Source: Evtepia sp. (GTDB lineage Bacteria; Bacillota; Clostridia; Oscillospirales; Oscillospiraceae). From it: DNA of 64,000 nt. The notes under the pieces are model-generated. The model was not told where the DNA came from and searched no databases. It worked only from the letters and a program-made list of their open reading frames with translations. Below, in pieces: positions 48,202 to 57,829 of this stretch (position 1 is the stretch's first letter; the number at the start of each line of letters is the position of its first letter). The position numbers were made by a program, and so were the translations under genes. The stretch lies in assembly GCA_040768225.1 (NCBI GenBank), contig JAXGMZ010000001.1:346591-410590 (forward strand), in the 5' to 3' direction.

Positions 48202-48837
48202 GTGACGGCGCTGTATTTTGCGTATGGTTTGGACGCCATTGAATACCTGAAAAAGAAAGATAAGCGGCTGGGAGATGCCATTGAACGAATTGGCCCGATC
48301 CAACGTAAGACGGAGAGTGATCTGTTTACCGCTGTTGTCCATCATATTGTCGGCCAGCAGATCTCCACTGCCGCACAGGCAACGGTTTGGGCTCGGCTGC
48401 AGGGGTTATTGGGGAAGGTTTGTGCGGATACGGTTTGCCTTTTCTCGCGGGAAGAGCTGCAAAGCTGTGGCATTACGTTTAAAAAAGCGGACTATATCCT
48501 GGCTTTTGCGCAGAAGGTGCAGTCTGGCGAATTTAATGTGGAGGCTCTCCGGGACATGGCGGATAAAGATGTCATCGCCACTCTCTCCTCCCTTAATGGT
48601 GTAGGGGTGTGGACCGCTGAAATGCTGATGATTTTTTGTATGCAGCGTCCAGATGTTGTGAGCTATGGGGATCTTGCGATCCGCCGCGGAATACGAATGC
48701 TTTACCGCCACCGCAAGCTGGATAAAAAAATATTCGCCAAATACGCGCGAAGGTACTCCCCCTATGGGTCAGTGGCCAGCCTGTACCTTTGGGCAATTGC
48801 CGGCGGCGCTATTCCGGAGTTGGATGATCCGGGATGA
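48202..48837 (+). CDS. DNA-3-methyladenine glycosylase II (AlkA-like)
   Basis: IVGQQISTAA, LNGVGVWTAEM, DLAIRRG, YSPYGSVASLYLW. Confidence 0.9.
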   Translation: MTALYFAYGLDAIEYLKKKDKRLGDAIERIGPIQRKTESDLFTAVVHHIVGQQISTAAQATVWARLQGLLGKVCADTVCLFSREELQSCGITFKKADYILAFAQKVQSGEFNVEALRDMADKDVIATLSSLNGVGVWTAEMLMIFCMQRPDVVSYGDLAIRRGIRMLYRHRKLDKKIFAKYARRYSPYGSVASLYLWAIAGGAIPELDDPG

Positions 48838-49044
48838 GTGCTTGAACTCAGCCTGTGTGTACGGGGCTACAGGATCGTATTCATACAGCCTTGATACGGT
48901 ATGCGTTTAAGAGTGTCTTTTTGACAAAGTCGGCCGCTTCATAGTTTGGCTCTGGCACAAAAAAGAGTGGCGCGCTGTAAAAGCCGCTTTGCCATGAGAG
49001 CATCCGCAAACAGGGCGACCCCACATCGCTTCTGTTACGATATA

Positions 49045-49112
49045 ATTACGGCATCCACACCGTAGACCCGCTTGCTTTGCGTCGCCGGCTTTCGCCGGTT
49101 TTGCCTTTCGCT
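49045..49112 (-). ncRNA. c-di-GMP-I (GEMM) riboswitch aptamer, 3' end degenerate
   Basis: Minus strand AAAGGCAAAACCGGCGAAAGCCGGCGACGCAAAGCAAGCGGGTCTA matches GGCAAA-P2(GAAA)-GACGCAAAGC; expected closing ..GCC(N)nTTGCC not found. Confidence 0.65.
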
Positions 49113-49343
49113 TTATTCTATTGCATATCACTGTTGATCTTTTATTTAACGAGCATTGCAAACGCAGGGATCAAGACAAGCGCTAAATAGACTCCGTACT
49201 TATAACTACATTATTTCGCCCCTTGTTTTTTGCCTGATACAATGCTTGATCAGCCATATGAGTAAAAACGCGATCAAGGCAATTGTAACGATTAGCTGCA
49301 GTAAAGAAGGGATTGTAAACCACTTTCGCATATAAGATCCCCC

Positions 49344-51485
49344 CTAGCCCGTAATCGTTTCAACATGGTATGGGACATCTATTATATTAAAAAACAGTTG
49401 TGCAATGTCCGGATCAAATTGTGTGCCCATATTACGCTCGATCTCTTTGATTGCCATATCTTTCGGCAAAGCCTTACGGTATATTCGATCCTCTGTCATC
49501 GCATCGTACGCATCGGCAATCGCAAGAATCCGTGAAATAACAGGAATCTCCCGCTCCTTTAGCCCGATGGGATAGCCCGTCCCATCCCATCGCTCATGGT
49601 GATATAAAATATAGTCGGCGATATGCTCCAGCTGCGGGGTTGACATGGCGATGCGATGCCCGATTTCGGGGTGCTGCCTCATGATAACCCACTCGCTTTC
49701 GGTCAGCTTGCCCGTCTTATTTAGGATACGATCATCAATGCCGATCTTCCCGATATCATGGAGCTTGGATAACAGCTGCAGTTCATCCAGCTCTTTTTGT
49801 GATAGCCCTAGCTGTTCTCCGATTGCATGACAAAGCAGCCCCAGCCTTTGGCCATGCTGTTCTGTTTCCTGACTTTTCGCATACAGCGTTGCCATGATGG
49901 AAGAGACGATGGCCGAGTGGGAGCTGTTTTGGTTGAGGAGTTTGCGGCGGCTCAGATATTCCTCCGCAGCTCTCGTTACATCCTGCATCGTCTGGTGTTC
50001 CGTTTCCTTTGTGGCGTGCCCTATGGAGATGCTACTTGCATAAAGTGCCTTTTCACTTGCTCTGTTATAGCTTTCGACCGCATGTTTGATCTCCTCTTTT
50101 AACTGATGGGCAGCCTGGCTGTCTGTGTGCGGCAGCAGAAGGATATATTCGCCGCCGCCAGCGTGTCCAAGTACAGATTCATTGCGTAAGCACCCTTGGA
50201 TCAGATGCGCTGTTTTTATAATGAGACGGTCCCCCTCTTCATGTCCATAGGCATCGTTAATCATGCGCAGCCCGTCAATATCACAAATGGCGATGGACAG
50301 GGGCCAAAACTCCGGCTGATCCAGATACTTTTTCTGTTGCTCTATATAGTTGCGATTGTAAAGGCCGGTGAGAAAATCATGCTCCCGCAGATGCGCGATC
50401 TGAGCATCCTTATTCTTTTGGTCGGAAATGTCCAACACAACTCCCTCAAGGGCTTCCAGCTTACCGTCATCGTCATAAACGCCCTGGCCTAATTCCAAAA
50501 CCCACTTCCGTTCTCCGGACTTTGTGAGGATCTCGTATTCATCGCGGTACCGCTTGCGCTGTATCAATACTCGTTTCCATTCAGCCCGGACAAGATCGCG
50601 GTATTCGGGAGAAATGAGCCCGTTAAAAGAGAGCATTTTGTCCGTGGTAAAGCTTTCCGCCTTATACCCCGTCAGGTCATAGCAGCCCTCCGAAACAAAT
50701 TCCATTGTCCAGTTTTCGTTATCTTGGCATCGGTAGGCCATGCCGGGGATATGGGAGAAAAACACAGCTTTGCTGCGCTCGCTTTCCTGACGGGACGCTT
50801 CCGCTTCTTTAAATCTTGCGTTTTTTCTCAGGAGGTTAAAGAGCGTAAAAACAAGTGCGGCGAGGCATGCGACAACCATAATGTCGGGAATCATCTTTTT
50901 CCATAGCTTTGCCTGCCACTCGAGCGCAGAATAGCTCAGTCCGAGGACGGCGATGACGCTTTTTCCGTTTGCATCATAGATTGGCACCAGCGCCCTGATC
51001 CAATTTCCGCAGGGGAGGGAAATGGGATCGGTAATATAACTTTGCCCCGTTCCAAAAGATATTTGGTTTATGTCCGCGGTTTCCTCACAACTGCGTCTTG
51101 TCGGGTGGGAAGTGTCGGAATTGGCGGCAGATGAATCTGCGATAACGGAAATGCTCCCACTCTGCTGCTTTAAAATATAGGCATAATAAATCGAATCCGT
51201 GACCTCGACCAGATGTGTCAAGGACTCTTCGACAAGACAGCCATCGGGAGCGGTTGCCTGATTGCTCGATGCCAGCTCCGCTATATGCTCTACATGCAGC
51301 AGCGAGCCTACTGACTGTGCGAGGTTTGTCGCCTCCAGTTTCGCCATCTGCTGGTATCTGCTCCAGGCAAAATATAAGTATAGGCTCGCCAATATAACCA
51401 CGATTAAAACCGTGGAGACCATAGGTAACAATATACGGGGATGCAGGCCCTCTGCTAAAACCCTCTTGACTTGTTTATCTCTCAT
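49344..51485 (-). CDS. Membrane PAS + degenerate GGDEF + HD-GYP c-di-GMP phosphodiesterase
   Basis: PAS (HIPGMAYRC..WTMEFVSEG); GGGEY in place of GGDEF; LHDIGK...HHERWDGTGYP...DAYDAMT. Confidence 0.9.
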   Translation of the reverse strand: MRDKQVKRVLAEGLHPRILLPMVSTVLIVVILASLYLYFAWSRYQQMAKLEATNLAQSVGSLLHVEHIAELASSNQATAPDGCLVEESLTHLVEVTDSIYYAYILKQQSGSISVIADSSAANSDTSHPTRRSCEETADINQISFGTGQSYITDPISLPCGNWIRALVPIYDANGKSVIAVLGLSYSALEWQAKLWKKMIPDIMVVACLAALVFTLFNLLRKNARFKEAEASRQESERSKAVFFSHIPGMAYRCQDNENWTMEFVSEGCYDLTGYKAESFTTDKMLSFNGLISPEYRDLVRAEWKRVLIQRKRYRDEYEILTKSGERKWVLELGQGVYDDDGKLEALEGVVLDISDQKNKDAQIAHLREHDFLTGLYNRNYIEQQKKYLDQPEFWPLSIAICDIDGLRMINDAYGHEEGDRLIIKTAHLIQGCLRNESVLGHAGGGEYILLLPHTDSQAAHQLKEEIKHAVESYNRASEKALYASSISIGHATKETEHQTMQDVTRAAEEYLSRRKLLNQNSSHSAIVSSIMATLYAKSQETEQHGQRLGLLCHAIGEQLGLSQKELDELQLLSKLHDIGKIGIDDRILNKTGKLTESEWVIMRQHPEIGHRIAMSTPQLEHIADYILYHHERWDGTGYPIGLKEREIPVISRILAIADAYDAMTEDRIYRKALPKDMAIKEIERNMGTQFDPDIAQLFFNIIDVPYHVETITG

Positions 51486-51754
51486 GATTCCCCCCTAAAC
51501 GAGGCTGCCCATTTATACTCCTGATCCCGTGTTTACAGTTCTGACAGCTTTTTCTGCCCTCTGACTTTGGCCGATACATGGGCCGATTTGCAGGCGTGCC
51601 GTACAGAGAAAATATCTTTCTGTACGGCACATGGAGCTGTCCATATCGCGATTGGCATACCGCAATTCGTATGAGGGTAATCGTTCTACACCGAGTGCCC
51701 CCCCAAGCACAAGAGGTTCCGTTCCCAGCTTTTGGATTACCTGACGGCATCGCT

Positions 51755-52279
51755 CTAATTCTCCGCCAGTTTTGATAGCGCGGAAAATTCGCTTTCGCCA
51801 AGGATTTTCCCAGCGTGGAGCAGTAAGGCTACACGCTCCTTCTGGCCTTCATCTGCTTGTAAGGTAGCGATCCCCGTCAAGTAATCGCTGACATGTGAAG
51901 GCACGTTGCCTATTTTTGGCGGTTCGGAAATCTGCTGTGCCTCGATATCGGTGACTTCGTCGACCTGATCGACAATAAGGCCAAAATCATTCCCCTGCAC
52001 ATGGGCGATTATGATGCAGGTCCGCTCAGTGAACTGCGCTTCATCCTTCCCGAAGCGCAATCGAATATCAATGACAGGTATGATTTGACTGCGCAAATTG
52101 ATCATGCCTTTGACATAAGGCACTTGTTCCGGCAAGGGTATCACCTCCTGCATCTGCGCAATCTGAACAATCTCTGTGATCGGCAGACCGAATAGCTGTC
52201 CATCCGTAAAGAAGGTCAGGTATCGGTTACTGGACTCTTCAGTTAATTGAGAGGTCAGTACTTGTTCTTGCAGTTCCAT
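51755..52279 (-). CDS. cheW: Chemotaxis coupling protein CheW
   Basis: YLTF, YVKGMINLRSQIIPVIDIRLRF, GLIVDQV. Confidence 0.92.
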   Translation of the reverse strand: MELQEQVLTSQLTEESSNRYLTFFTDGQLFGLPITEIVQIAQMQEVIPLPEQVPYVKGMINLRSQIIPVIDIRLRFGKDEAQFTERTCIIIAHVQGNDFGLIVDQVDEVTDIEAQQISEPPKIGNVPSHVSDYLTGIATLQADEGQKERVALLLHAGKILGESEFSALSKLAEN

Positions 52280-52297
52280 TCATTCTCCCCCCTTCCA

Positions 52298-54079
52298 TTA
52301 ATACTTTCCCAGGCCGAACGCCGCTTCGGGCAGTCGATCTTCAAACCGCGGCTTGCTTTGGGAGGCAATGGACAAAATATGCTCTTGCGCTGCTCCGTCA
52401 GCCAGCTTGAATTTTCTAATCTCTCCGCGCAGCGCCGCGGCCTGTGCGGACATTTCCTCACTGGTGGCGGAGTTTTCCTCCGCCGTGGCGGCATTTGTTT
52501 GCACCACAGAGGAAATCTGGGAGAGCCCATCCTTAATCTGCTCGATTGCAGCGGTCTGCTCGGCAATCGATTTTTCAATTTTTTCAAAGTTATCCGTTAC
52601 TTCACCCGTGCTTGTGCCCACATCCCGAAGAATTTGAGCCGTTTGGCTGGTAATCTCCGCACCCTTTTCCACCGCAATCACAGAGGACTGAATCAGGGTT
52701 CCCGTCTGCTGGGCAGCTTCGGCCGATTTTGCGGCAAGATTACGGACTTCATCCGCCACAACTGCAAAGCCCTTTCCCGCATTGCCTGCCCGCGCCGCTT
52801 CAATCGCAGCATTGAGCGCGAGGATGTTCGTTTGGAACGCGATGTCTTCTATCACCTTTGTAATGCTGGCAATCTGGCTAGAGCTGGAGCTGATATCCGC
52901 CATTGCCTGGGATAGCTGCCCCATGTGCTCATTGCCTGTGTTGACTCCCATACCTGCCTGATCAACAAAACTGCTTGCTGATATAATTGCCACCAAATTT
53001 TCTTCCGCTTGCTTTGCAATGGTCTCCACGGAGGCCTCCAGTTCCTCCACGGAGGCTGCCTGTTCCGTTGAGCCCGCTGCCAGCGCCTGTGCACCGCTGG
53101 ATACCTGATCGGAGCCCGCAGCTACCTGCTCGGCCGCCGTATCGATGTTGAGCATTGTATGATTCAGGGCAGAAACGGTATCTTCTATTTCCCGCTTCAG
53201 AACCGCGAAGTCTCCGGGGTAGTCCAAATCTACCCGAAGCCGCAAATCTCCATGGGATATTTTTTCAAACTTATCGATGACATCCTCGACGATTGCGCCT
53301 TGCATCGCATTGGTTTGTTGAATCAGTTTGGTCATCTGCCCGAGCTCGTCACGGCTTTCATAGCGGATTACGGTCTTCATATTGCCTTTGGCTATTTCAC
53401 CGTAGGCATCTACAATTTCATTGACAGGCGTGAGGATAGACTTTCTGATGATGATTGTTAAAAACACGGAAAGCGCTGCGGCCACAGCTCCGCACACAAT
53501 CATCGCAAGTAGAGCGAATTTAACCGTAGCCACTGCGTCCTGCTCCTGATGAACAGCACGCTCATCTGCAGTTGTGGTGAATTTAACCATAATTTCAGCC
53601 GCCTGATCCATGATCGGTACATAGTCGTATTCGTACCTTTCTCTTGCTTGTTGCATGTTAGCTTCCGTTGGCGTCGCCGCGAGTTCGGCAATTTCTAGCC
53701 GTATTTTCCCCGCCTTACCGAACAGCTCCCGCAGTTTTGCAATATCCGCATCACGGCTTGTATCCCTTTGGTTTCCCTCGTACCGATCAAATTCACTCAG
53801 TAATGTCGTCGAATCTTGTTGGGCCGAATCGAACCATTTTGAAACTTTCACTGCGTCAGCCTCAAGCAGTCCATTAGCCATATCCCTCTGTATAGAAACT
53901 GTGTTACGACGAATCACCCAGATACTTGTGCTGTTTGGCAGTGTGTATTTCGCGTAGGAATGAATCTGCTCATTGATGCCGTTGATGCTTAAGATTGCGA
54001 CTGCGATGGTGATCAGGAGCATGACTAAAATGGCGCCGAATCCAATGATAAGCTTTTTGCTGATCGATAGGTTTTTCAT
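52298..54079 (-). CDS. Methyl-accepting chemotaxis protein (four-helix sensor + HAMP)
   Basis: Two TMs; DELG HAMP; [37 protein letters not shown]; RBS ggaggg before ATG 54079. Confidence 0.95.
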   Translation of the reverse strand: MKNLSISKKLIIGFGAILVMLLITIAVAILSINGINEQIHSYAKYTLPNSTSIWVIRRNTVSIQRDMANGLLEADAVKVSKWFDSAQQDSTTLLSEFDRYEGNQRDTSRDADIAKLRELFGKAGKIRLEIAELAATPTEANMQQARERYEYDYVPIMDQAAEIMVKFTTTADERAVHQEQDAVATVKFALLAMIVCGAVAAALSVFLTIIIRKSILTPVNEIVDAYGEIAKGNMKTVIRYESRDELGQMTKLIQQTNAMQGAIVEDVIDKFEKISHGDLRLRVDLDYPGDFAVLKREIEDTVSALNHTMLNIDTAAEQVAAGSDQVSSGAQALAAGSTEQAASVEELEASVETIAKQAEENLVAIISASSFVDQAGMGVNTGNEHMGQLSQAMADISSSSSQIASITKVIEDIAFQTNILALNAAIEAARAGNAGKGFAVVADEVRNLAAKSAEAAQQTGTLIQSSVIAVEKGAEITSQTAQILRDVGTSTGEVTDNFEKIEKSIAEQTAAIEQIKDGLSQISSVVQTNAATAEENSATSEEMSAQAAALRGEIRKFKLADGAAQEHILSIASQSKPRFEDRLPEAAFGLGKY

Positions 54080-54141
54080 ACTGTTTCCCTCCAAAATGTT
54101 TTAGAGCCGCTGTTAGCGGGGTAAGTTGCTTTTGTGCAAAA

Positions 54142-54161
54142 CACATAATTCTCATTATGTT
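54142..54161. repeat. Left inverted repeat of invertible cassette (dif-like)
   Basis: cacataattctcattatgtt; exact reverse complement of 54401-54420. Confidence 0.9.
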
Positions 54162-54233
54162 GTAATAACGAAAAAGAAATTGTAAGATATATACTGTTAT
54201 TAAATAATCAGGAGTAAAAATAGAAAAGCAAAT

Positions 54234-54265
54234 AGGCCGATTAGATAAAATACTTCTATCGGTCT
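54234..54265. terminator. Bidirectional terminator inside the cassette
   Basis: aggccgattaga...tctatcggtct with U-rich tails on both strands. Confidence 0.7.
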
Positions 54266-54334
54266 TGTTTTCGTGTATAAAATTTAATTCTATTTGATAA
54301 AAATATCAGCTTGTGAATTGCGTCAACGAATCGC

Positions 54335-54363
54335 TTGTTATTTCCACCATGAAGTAGTATAAT
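54335..54363 (+). promoter_or_regulatory. sigmaA promoter inside the cassette, currently pointing away from the MCP gene
   Basis: TTGTTA-17-TATAAT, 37 bp from the right repeat. Confidence 0.75.
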
Positions 54364-54400
54364 ATTATGTAAATTTATGTTGAATTATTAATATAAATGT

Positions 54401-54420
54401 AACATAATGAGAATTATGTG
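54401..54420. repeat. Right inverted repeat (overlaps the recombinase stop codon)
   Basis: aacataatgagaattatgtg. Confidence 0.9.
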
Positions 54421-55271
54421 ACCGCTAATCTCATTTGCTCAATTTGATGGGCATGGATCGCGCCACTCTCAATCGTATAAATTCGCGTTGTATTCACATT
54501 GGAATGACCGAGTATATCCGCCAGGCGAAACAAATCCTTTTCCAGCGCATAATAAGTTCGCGCAAATAAATGGCGTAGGTTGTGAGGAAACACCTTTTCG
54601 GGTGCTACTCCCGCACGTTTACACAGGCTCTTCATGTCCCGCCAGATATTAGAACGATTGAGGGGTTTGCCCGCTTTTGTGATGAATATATGCCCGGAAG
54701 CCAATTGCTGCTTCCGGGCATATTGCATCAGTGCCCGGCACAGCCTTTTGGGAAGAAAGATGGTGCGCATCTTGCCCTTGCAGTTGACAACCGCGCGCCC
54801 TGCTCTTGCTGCTTCTATTGTGATGAATTGCAGTTCGGAAACACGAATCCCTGTGGCGCAGATGGTTTGGAGAACGAATGATAGTCGTTCATTTCCCTCC
54901 TGCTCGGCTGCTCGAACCAGACGCAGGTATTCCTCACGGGTAAGCTCCTTTTCTTCCCCGCAAAACAGACTTCTTTGTATCTTAAGCGGTTTAAGCTTGA
55001 AATCGAACCAGCCGGCAAAGCTTAAAAAAGCATTGACTCCCGCAAGCATGGTATTGACGCTGGATGGTGCGTATTGCTGTGTCAGTGCCTCCTTCCACCG
55101 GATTAAACTAGTTTTAGAGACTGGTTCATGATCAAGAAATCTGCGCAGTGCGGCAAGGCTGCGTTCATAGGCCTCAATGGTTGAGTTACCCTTTTCTTGC
55201 TCTTGAAGATAGGAAATAAAAGCTTTTGTCCTTTTAGGGGTAATCGTTCGGATTTCTTCATTTTGCGACAT
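54414..55271 (-). CDS. XerD-like tyrosine recombinase (285 aa), candidate invertase
   Basis: TGIRVSEL (R), KGK (K), HNLRHLFA (HxxR), LGHSNVNTTRIY (H, Y); no arm-binding N-terminal extension. Confidence 0.93.
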   Translation of the reverse strand: MSQNEEIRTITPKRTKAFISYLQEQEKGNSTIEAYERSLAALRRFLDHEPVSKTSLIRWKEALTQQYAPSSVNTMLAGVNAFLSFAGWFDFKLKPLKIQRSLFCGEEKELTREEYLRLVRAAEQEGNERLSFVLQTICATGIRVSELQFITIEAARAGRAVVNCKGKMRTIFLPKRLCRALMQYARKQQLASGHIFITKAGKPLNRSNIWRDMKSLCKRAGVAPEKVFPHNLRHLFARTYYALEKDLFRLADILGHSNVNTTRIYTIESGAIHAHQIEQMRLAVT

Positions 55272-55529
55272 GATATAGAATCTCCTTTCGTGCGCTAGAC
55301 ATATTGTACCATTGCATTGCTTTCATCTGAAGAAATGCGAACCACCGCCTTATCCTATACACTTTTGCTTCTTTATTACGATTTATACCACTTCTCCAAC
55401 TGTTATAATCGACATATTAAACTCTCATCCACCTTGCCCGCAAAAATATTACATTGCAGAAAAATAAACAGGGCTGACTGCAGGCCCCGCTCTTTCGGTA
55501 TATTACAAGTTTTCTGGCAGCTGCTCTTT

Positions 55530-55649
55530 CAGCTTGGATGGATAGATTTTTCGCGCAGTGAACGTAACAAGATCATACAAACCCTAAAAATGCTTGAGGA
55601 ATCCACCGCGCCGGATGAGCTTGGGATTGGCGTGATCCGTGATGGGTAG
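55530..55649 (+). pseudogene. About 39-codon remnant of a DUF6361-like protein N-terminus
   Basis: QLGWIDFSRSERNKIIQTLKMLEESTAPDELGIGVIRDG*. Confidence 0.6.
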
Positions 55650-55662
55650 GGCTTATTACATT

Positions 55663-56127
55663 TTACATGGACTGTTCCTGAGATCTCCGTAGGCTCTCTT
55701 CTGTCATCTCATAAATCTGCTGCTTAATATCGGGGATGATGGCTTCGATTTTCAGTTGGATATCGGTCAGCTGCTGGACATCCTTCTTTGTTAACTCGTA
55801 GCCTGCCTCAAAGGTGCCGTTCACGCTTTGATAACTATCCATCAGCTGCTTGTGGCTGAATAGTCGTTGTTCATCGGTCAGGCCGGCTCAGATGGCAAAG
55901 TCCTGCTTTTCATCGGAATGATTGTCCAGATAGTAGTGCCTCCACATCACCCCGGTTTCATCATAGTCACACTCCCATGTGACAAATTGATCGCCATGCT
56001 GGGTTTCTCGACCGGCGGGCCAGGTACCAATCAGAATGGGGAGGGTGTCCTTCTCCGGCGGCGCTGTTTCGATTTCGTTTTTGCCAAGGATCCGGGAAAG
56101 CTCTGTGAAATATTTTTTAGTGTCCAT
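55663..56127 (-). pseudogene. Decayed paralogue of the 61138-61809 gene
   Basis: MDTKKYFTEL...; in-frame loss of about 69 codons; premature TGA at 55888; homology resumes to ...QEQSM*. Confidence 0.9.
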
Positions 56128-56154
56128 AAATATTCCCCTTCGTTTTTATTTGAA

Positions 56155-57277
56155 CTTGAATTTACAATGTAAGTGCAACAGCAGAAAAAAGAAATGACTC
56201 AGAGCAAGGAATCCGATACCATAGTGTTTGTGAGGACAACTATGGGAGGAAGCCAAGACAATGAGTCATTATCATCATCTTAGCATAACCGAAAGAGAAA
56301 AGATACTTGTGCTGCGCACAGAAGGAAAAAGCTTACGGACGATATCAGCGGAAATTGGGCGTTCAGTGTCAACAGTGACGCGGGAAATCAAACGTAACAG
56401 TCGCCCTGATGAAAGCTACTCTGCGGTAGAAGCGCACAGAAAATACTGTAAACGTCGAAAAAAATGCAGGCGTCATAAGTTGCTTTCAGATGTGGGATTG
56501 ATGGAAACAGTAAAGCGTCTGTTTCTTGAACTGCAATGGTCGCCGGAACAAATCTCAAATCGCCTTCTTTATGAAAACAGCATGTTCAAAATCAGCTATT
56601 CGACGATCTATCGGGCAATTTACGCGGGATTGTTTGACACTCCTGAGCAACGGCATTCCAAAGGAAACCGAGGTGCAATCAGAAAGCTACGCCATCGCGG
56701 AAAGACAAGGCGGCGCAGAGGGACGATAGAAACCAGGGGGAAGATTGTTATCAGCAACCGGATCCAGGAGCGGCCAAAAGAAGCGGAGGGGCGTCAAGTC
56801 ATCGGTCATTGGGAAGCCGATACTCTGGCAGGGAAAACAGGTTCCGCCTGTCTTGTAACCATTACAGACAGGTGCAGCCGCTATCTGCTGGCCGGAAAGG
56901 TTGCAAAGAGATATTCTGCTTCGGTTGCTGAAAAAATGATTACTTTGCTTTCCGCTCTGCCTAAGAAGAAACTAAAAAGTATCACCCCTGACCGGGGTAA
57001 AGAGTTTTCCAAGCATAGTTCTGTAACACAGGCACTGAAGGGATTGCAGTTTTACTTCCCAGACCCTCACGCTCCTTGGCAGCGTGGAACAAATGAGAAC
57101 ACCAATGGCCTGCTCAGAGAATATCTGCCGAAATCCTTCGATATCGCTCTTTCTTCTGATAGCGACATCAAGAACTTCATGAACAAACTAAATTTCAGAC
57201 CCCGCAAATGCTTAGCTTGGAAATCCCCTCATGAAGTCTTTTTTAATCAAGTGTTGCTTTTGACTTGACAATTCAAG
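56155..57277 (+). mobile_element. IS30-family element, copy 1 (1123 bp)
   Basis: Imperfect IRs CTTGAATTTACAATGTAAGTGCAACA / CTTGAATTGTCAAGTCAAAAGCAACA; 2-bp target duplication AA. Confidence 0.95.
56261..57268 (+). CDS. IS30-family transposase
   Basis: LSITERE HTH, WSPEQIS, GHWEADT, ITPDRGKEF, PWQRGTNENTNGLLREY. Confidence 0.97.
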   Translation: MSHYHHLSITEREKILVLRTEGKSLRTISAEIGRSVSTVTREIKRNSRPDESYSAVEAHRKYCKRRKKCRRHKLLSDVGLMETVKRLFLELQWSPEQISNRLLYENSMFKISYSTIYRAIYAGLFDTPEQRHSKGNRGAIRKLRHRGKTRRRRGTIETRGKIVISNRIQERPKEAEGRQVIGHWEADTLAGKTGSACLVTITDRCSRYLLAGKVAKRYSASVAEKMITLLSALPKKKLKSITPDRGKEFSKHSSVTQALKGLQFYFPDPHAPWQRGTNENTNGLLREYLPKSFDIALSSDSDIKNFMNKLNFRPRKCLAWKSPHEVFFNQVLLLT

Positions 57278-57410
57278 AAATAAAAAAAGCCCGTACATTT
57301 CTGTACGGGCCTCAGATCAACTCTAAATTTTATCAAGTGTCCAGTCTTTTTAATTATGGTAGTGTATGAAAAAACCACAAGGCTTTTTTGGCCTTGTGGT
57401 TTATCATTTT

Positions 57411-57448
57411 TGGTGGAGACGAGGGGGATCGAACCCCTGACCTCCTGA
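57411..57448 (-). repeat. att site: 3' fragment of tRNA-Ala
   Basis: 37/38 identical to 63097-63134. Confidence 0.9.
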
Positions 57449-57508
57449 CGCTCCTAAAGGCAGTTTTTATTCTTCATTTTGTAATATTATTCAGTGCGCT
57501 CAAGTGCT

Positions 57509-57829
57509 TTACGGCAAGTCCCGAAAAAGCCGCTTATACTCCGTCCGGCCGTCGGCGATATGGTAGACGAAGATCGTGTCGCCAATCAGTCGGTAGAAAC
57601 ATAGATAGTTGCCGCAGACCAGCTTGCGATAGCCCTGTCTGGACAGGTCGCGTTCTTCCAGGGACACGCCGAGGTGAGGGTGGCCACGCAGGTGCTCCAT
57701 CGACTTTCGCAGCGATGTTGTGATTTTTCTCGCAGAGTTTGGGCCGACAAGCGCCATGTGTATTCTGGCGATTTCACGGATTTCTTCCCGTGCCTGGGTG
57801 AGAATTTCTAACTTATACCGTGTCGTCAC
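57509..57829 (-). CDS. RelE/ParE-family toxin
   Basis: GTG start; YKLEILTQAREEI...GYRKLVCGNYLCFYRLIGDTIFVYHIADGR. Confidence 0.88.
   Translation of the reverse strand: MTTRYKLEILTQAREEIREIARIHMALVGPNSARKITTSLRKSMEHLRGHPHLGVSLEERDLSRQGYRKLVCGNYLCFYRLIGDTIFVYHIADGRTEYKRLFRDLP

Noticed and set aside
51500-51630. Riboswitch or terminator between cheW and the HD-GYP gene
   Set aside because: Only loose GCAAA/AAAG resemblance; the 12-bp hairpin at 51596-51630 has no U-tract, so no call was made.
590-53957. Many long antisense or alternate-frame ORFs in the track (e.g. 590-1795, 2746-3789, 11742-12929, 26979-28370, 35131-36033)
   Set aside because: They overlap well-supported genes on the other strand or frame, lack motifs, and are expected in high-GC DNA.
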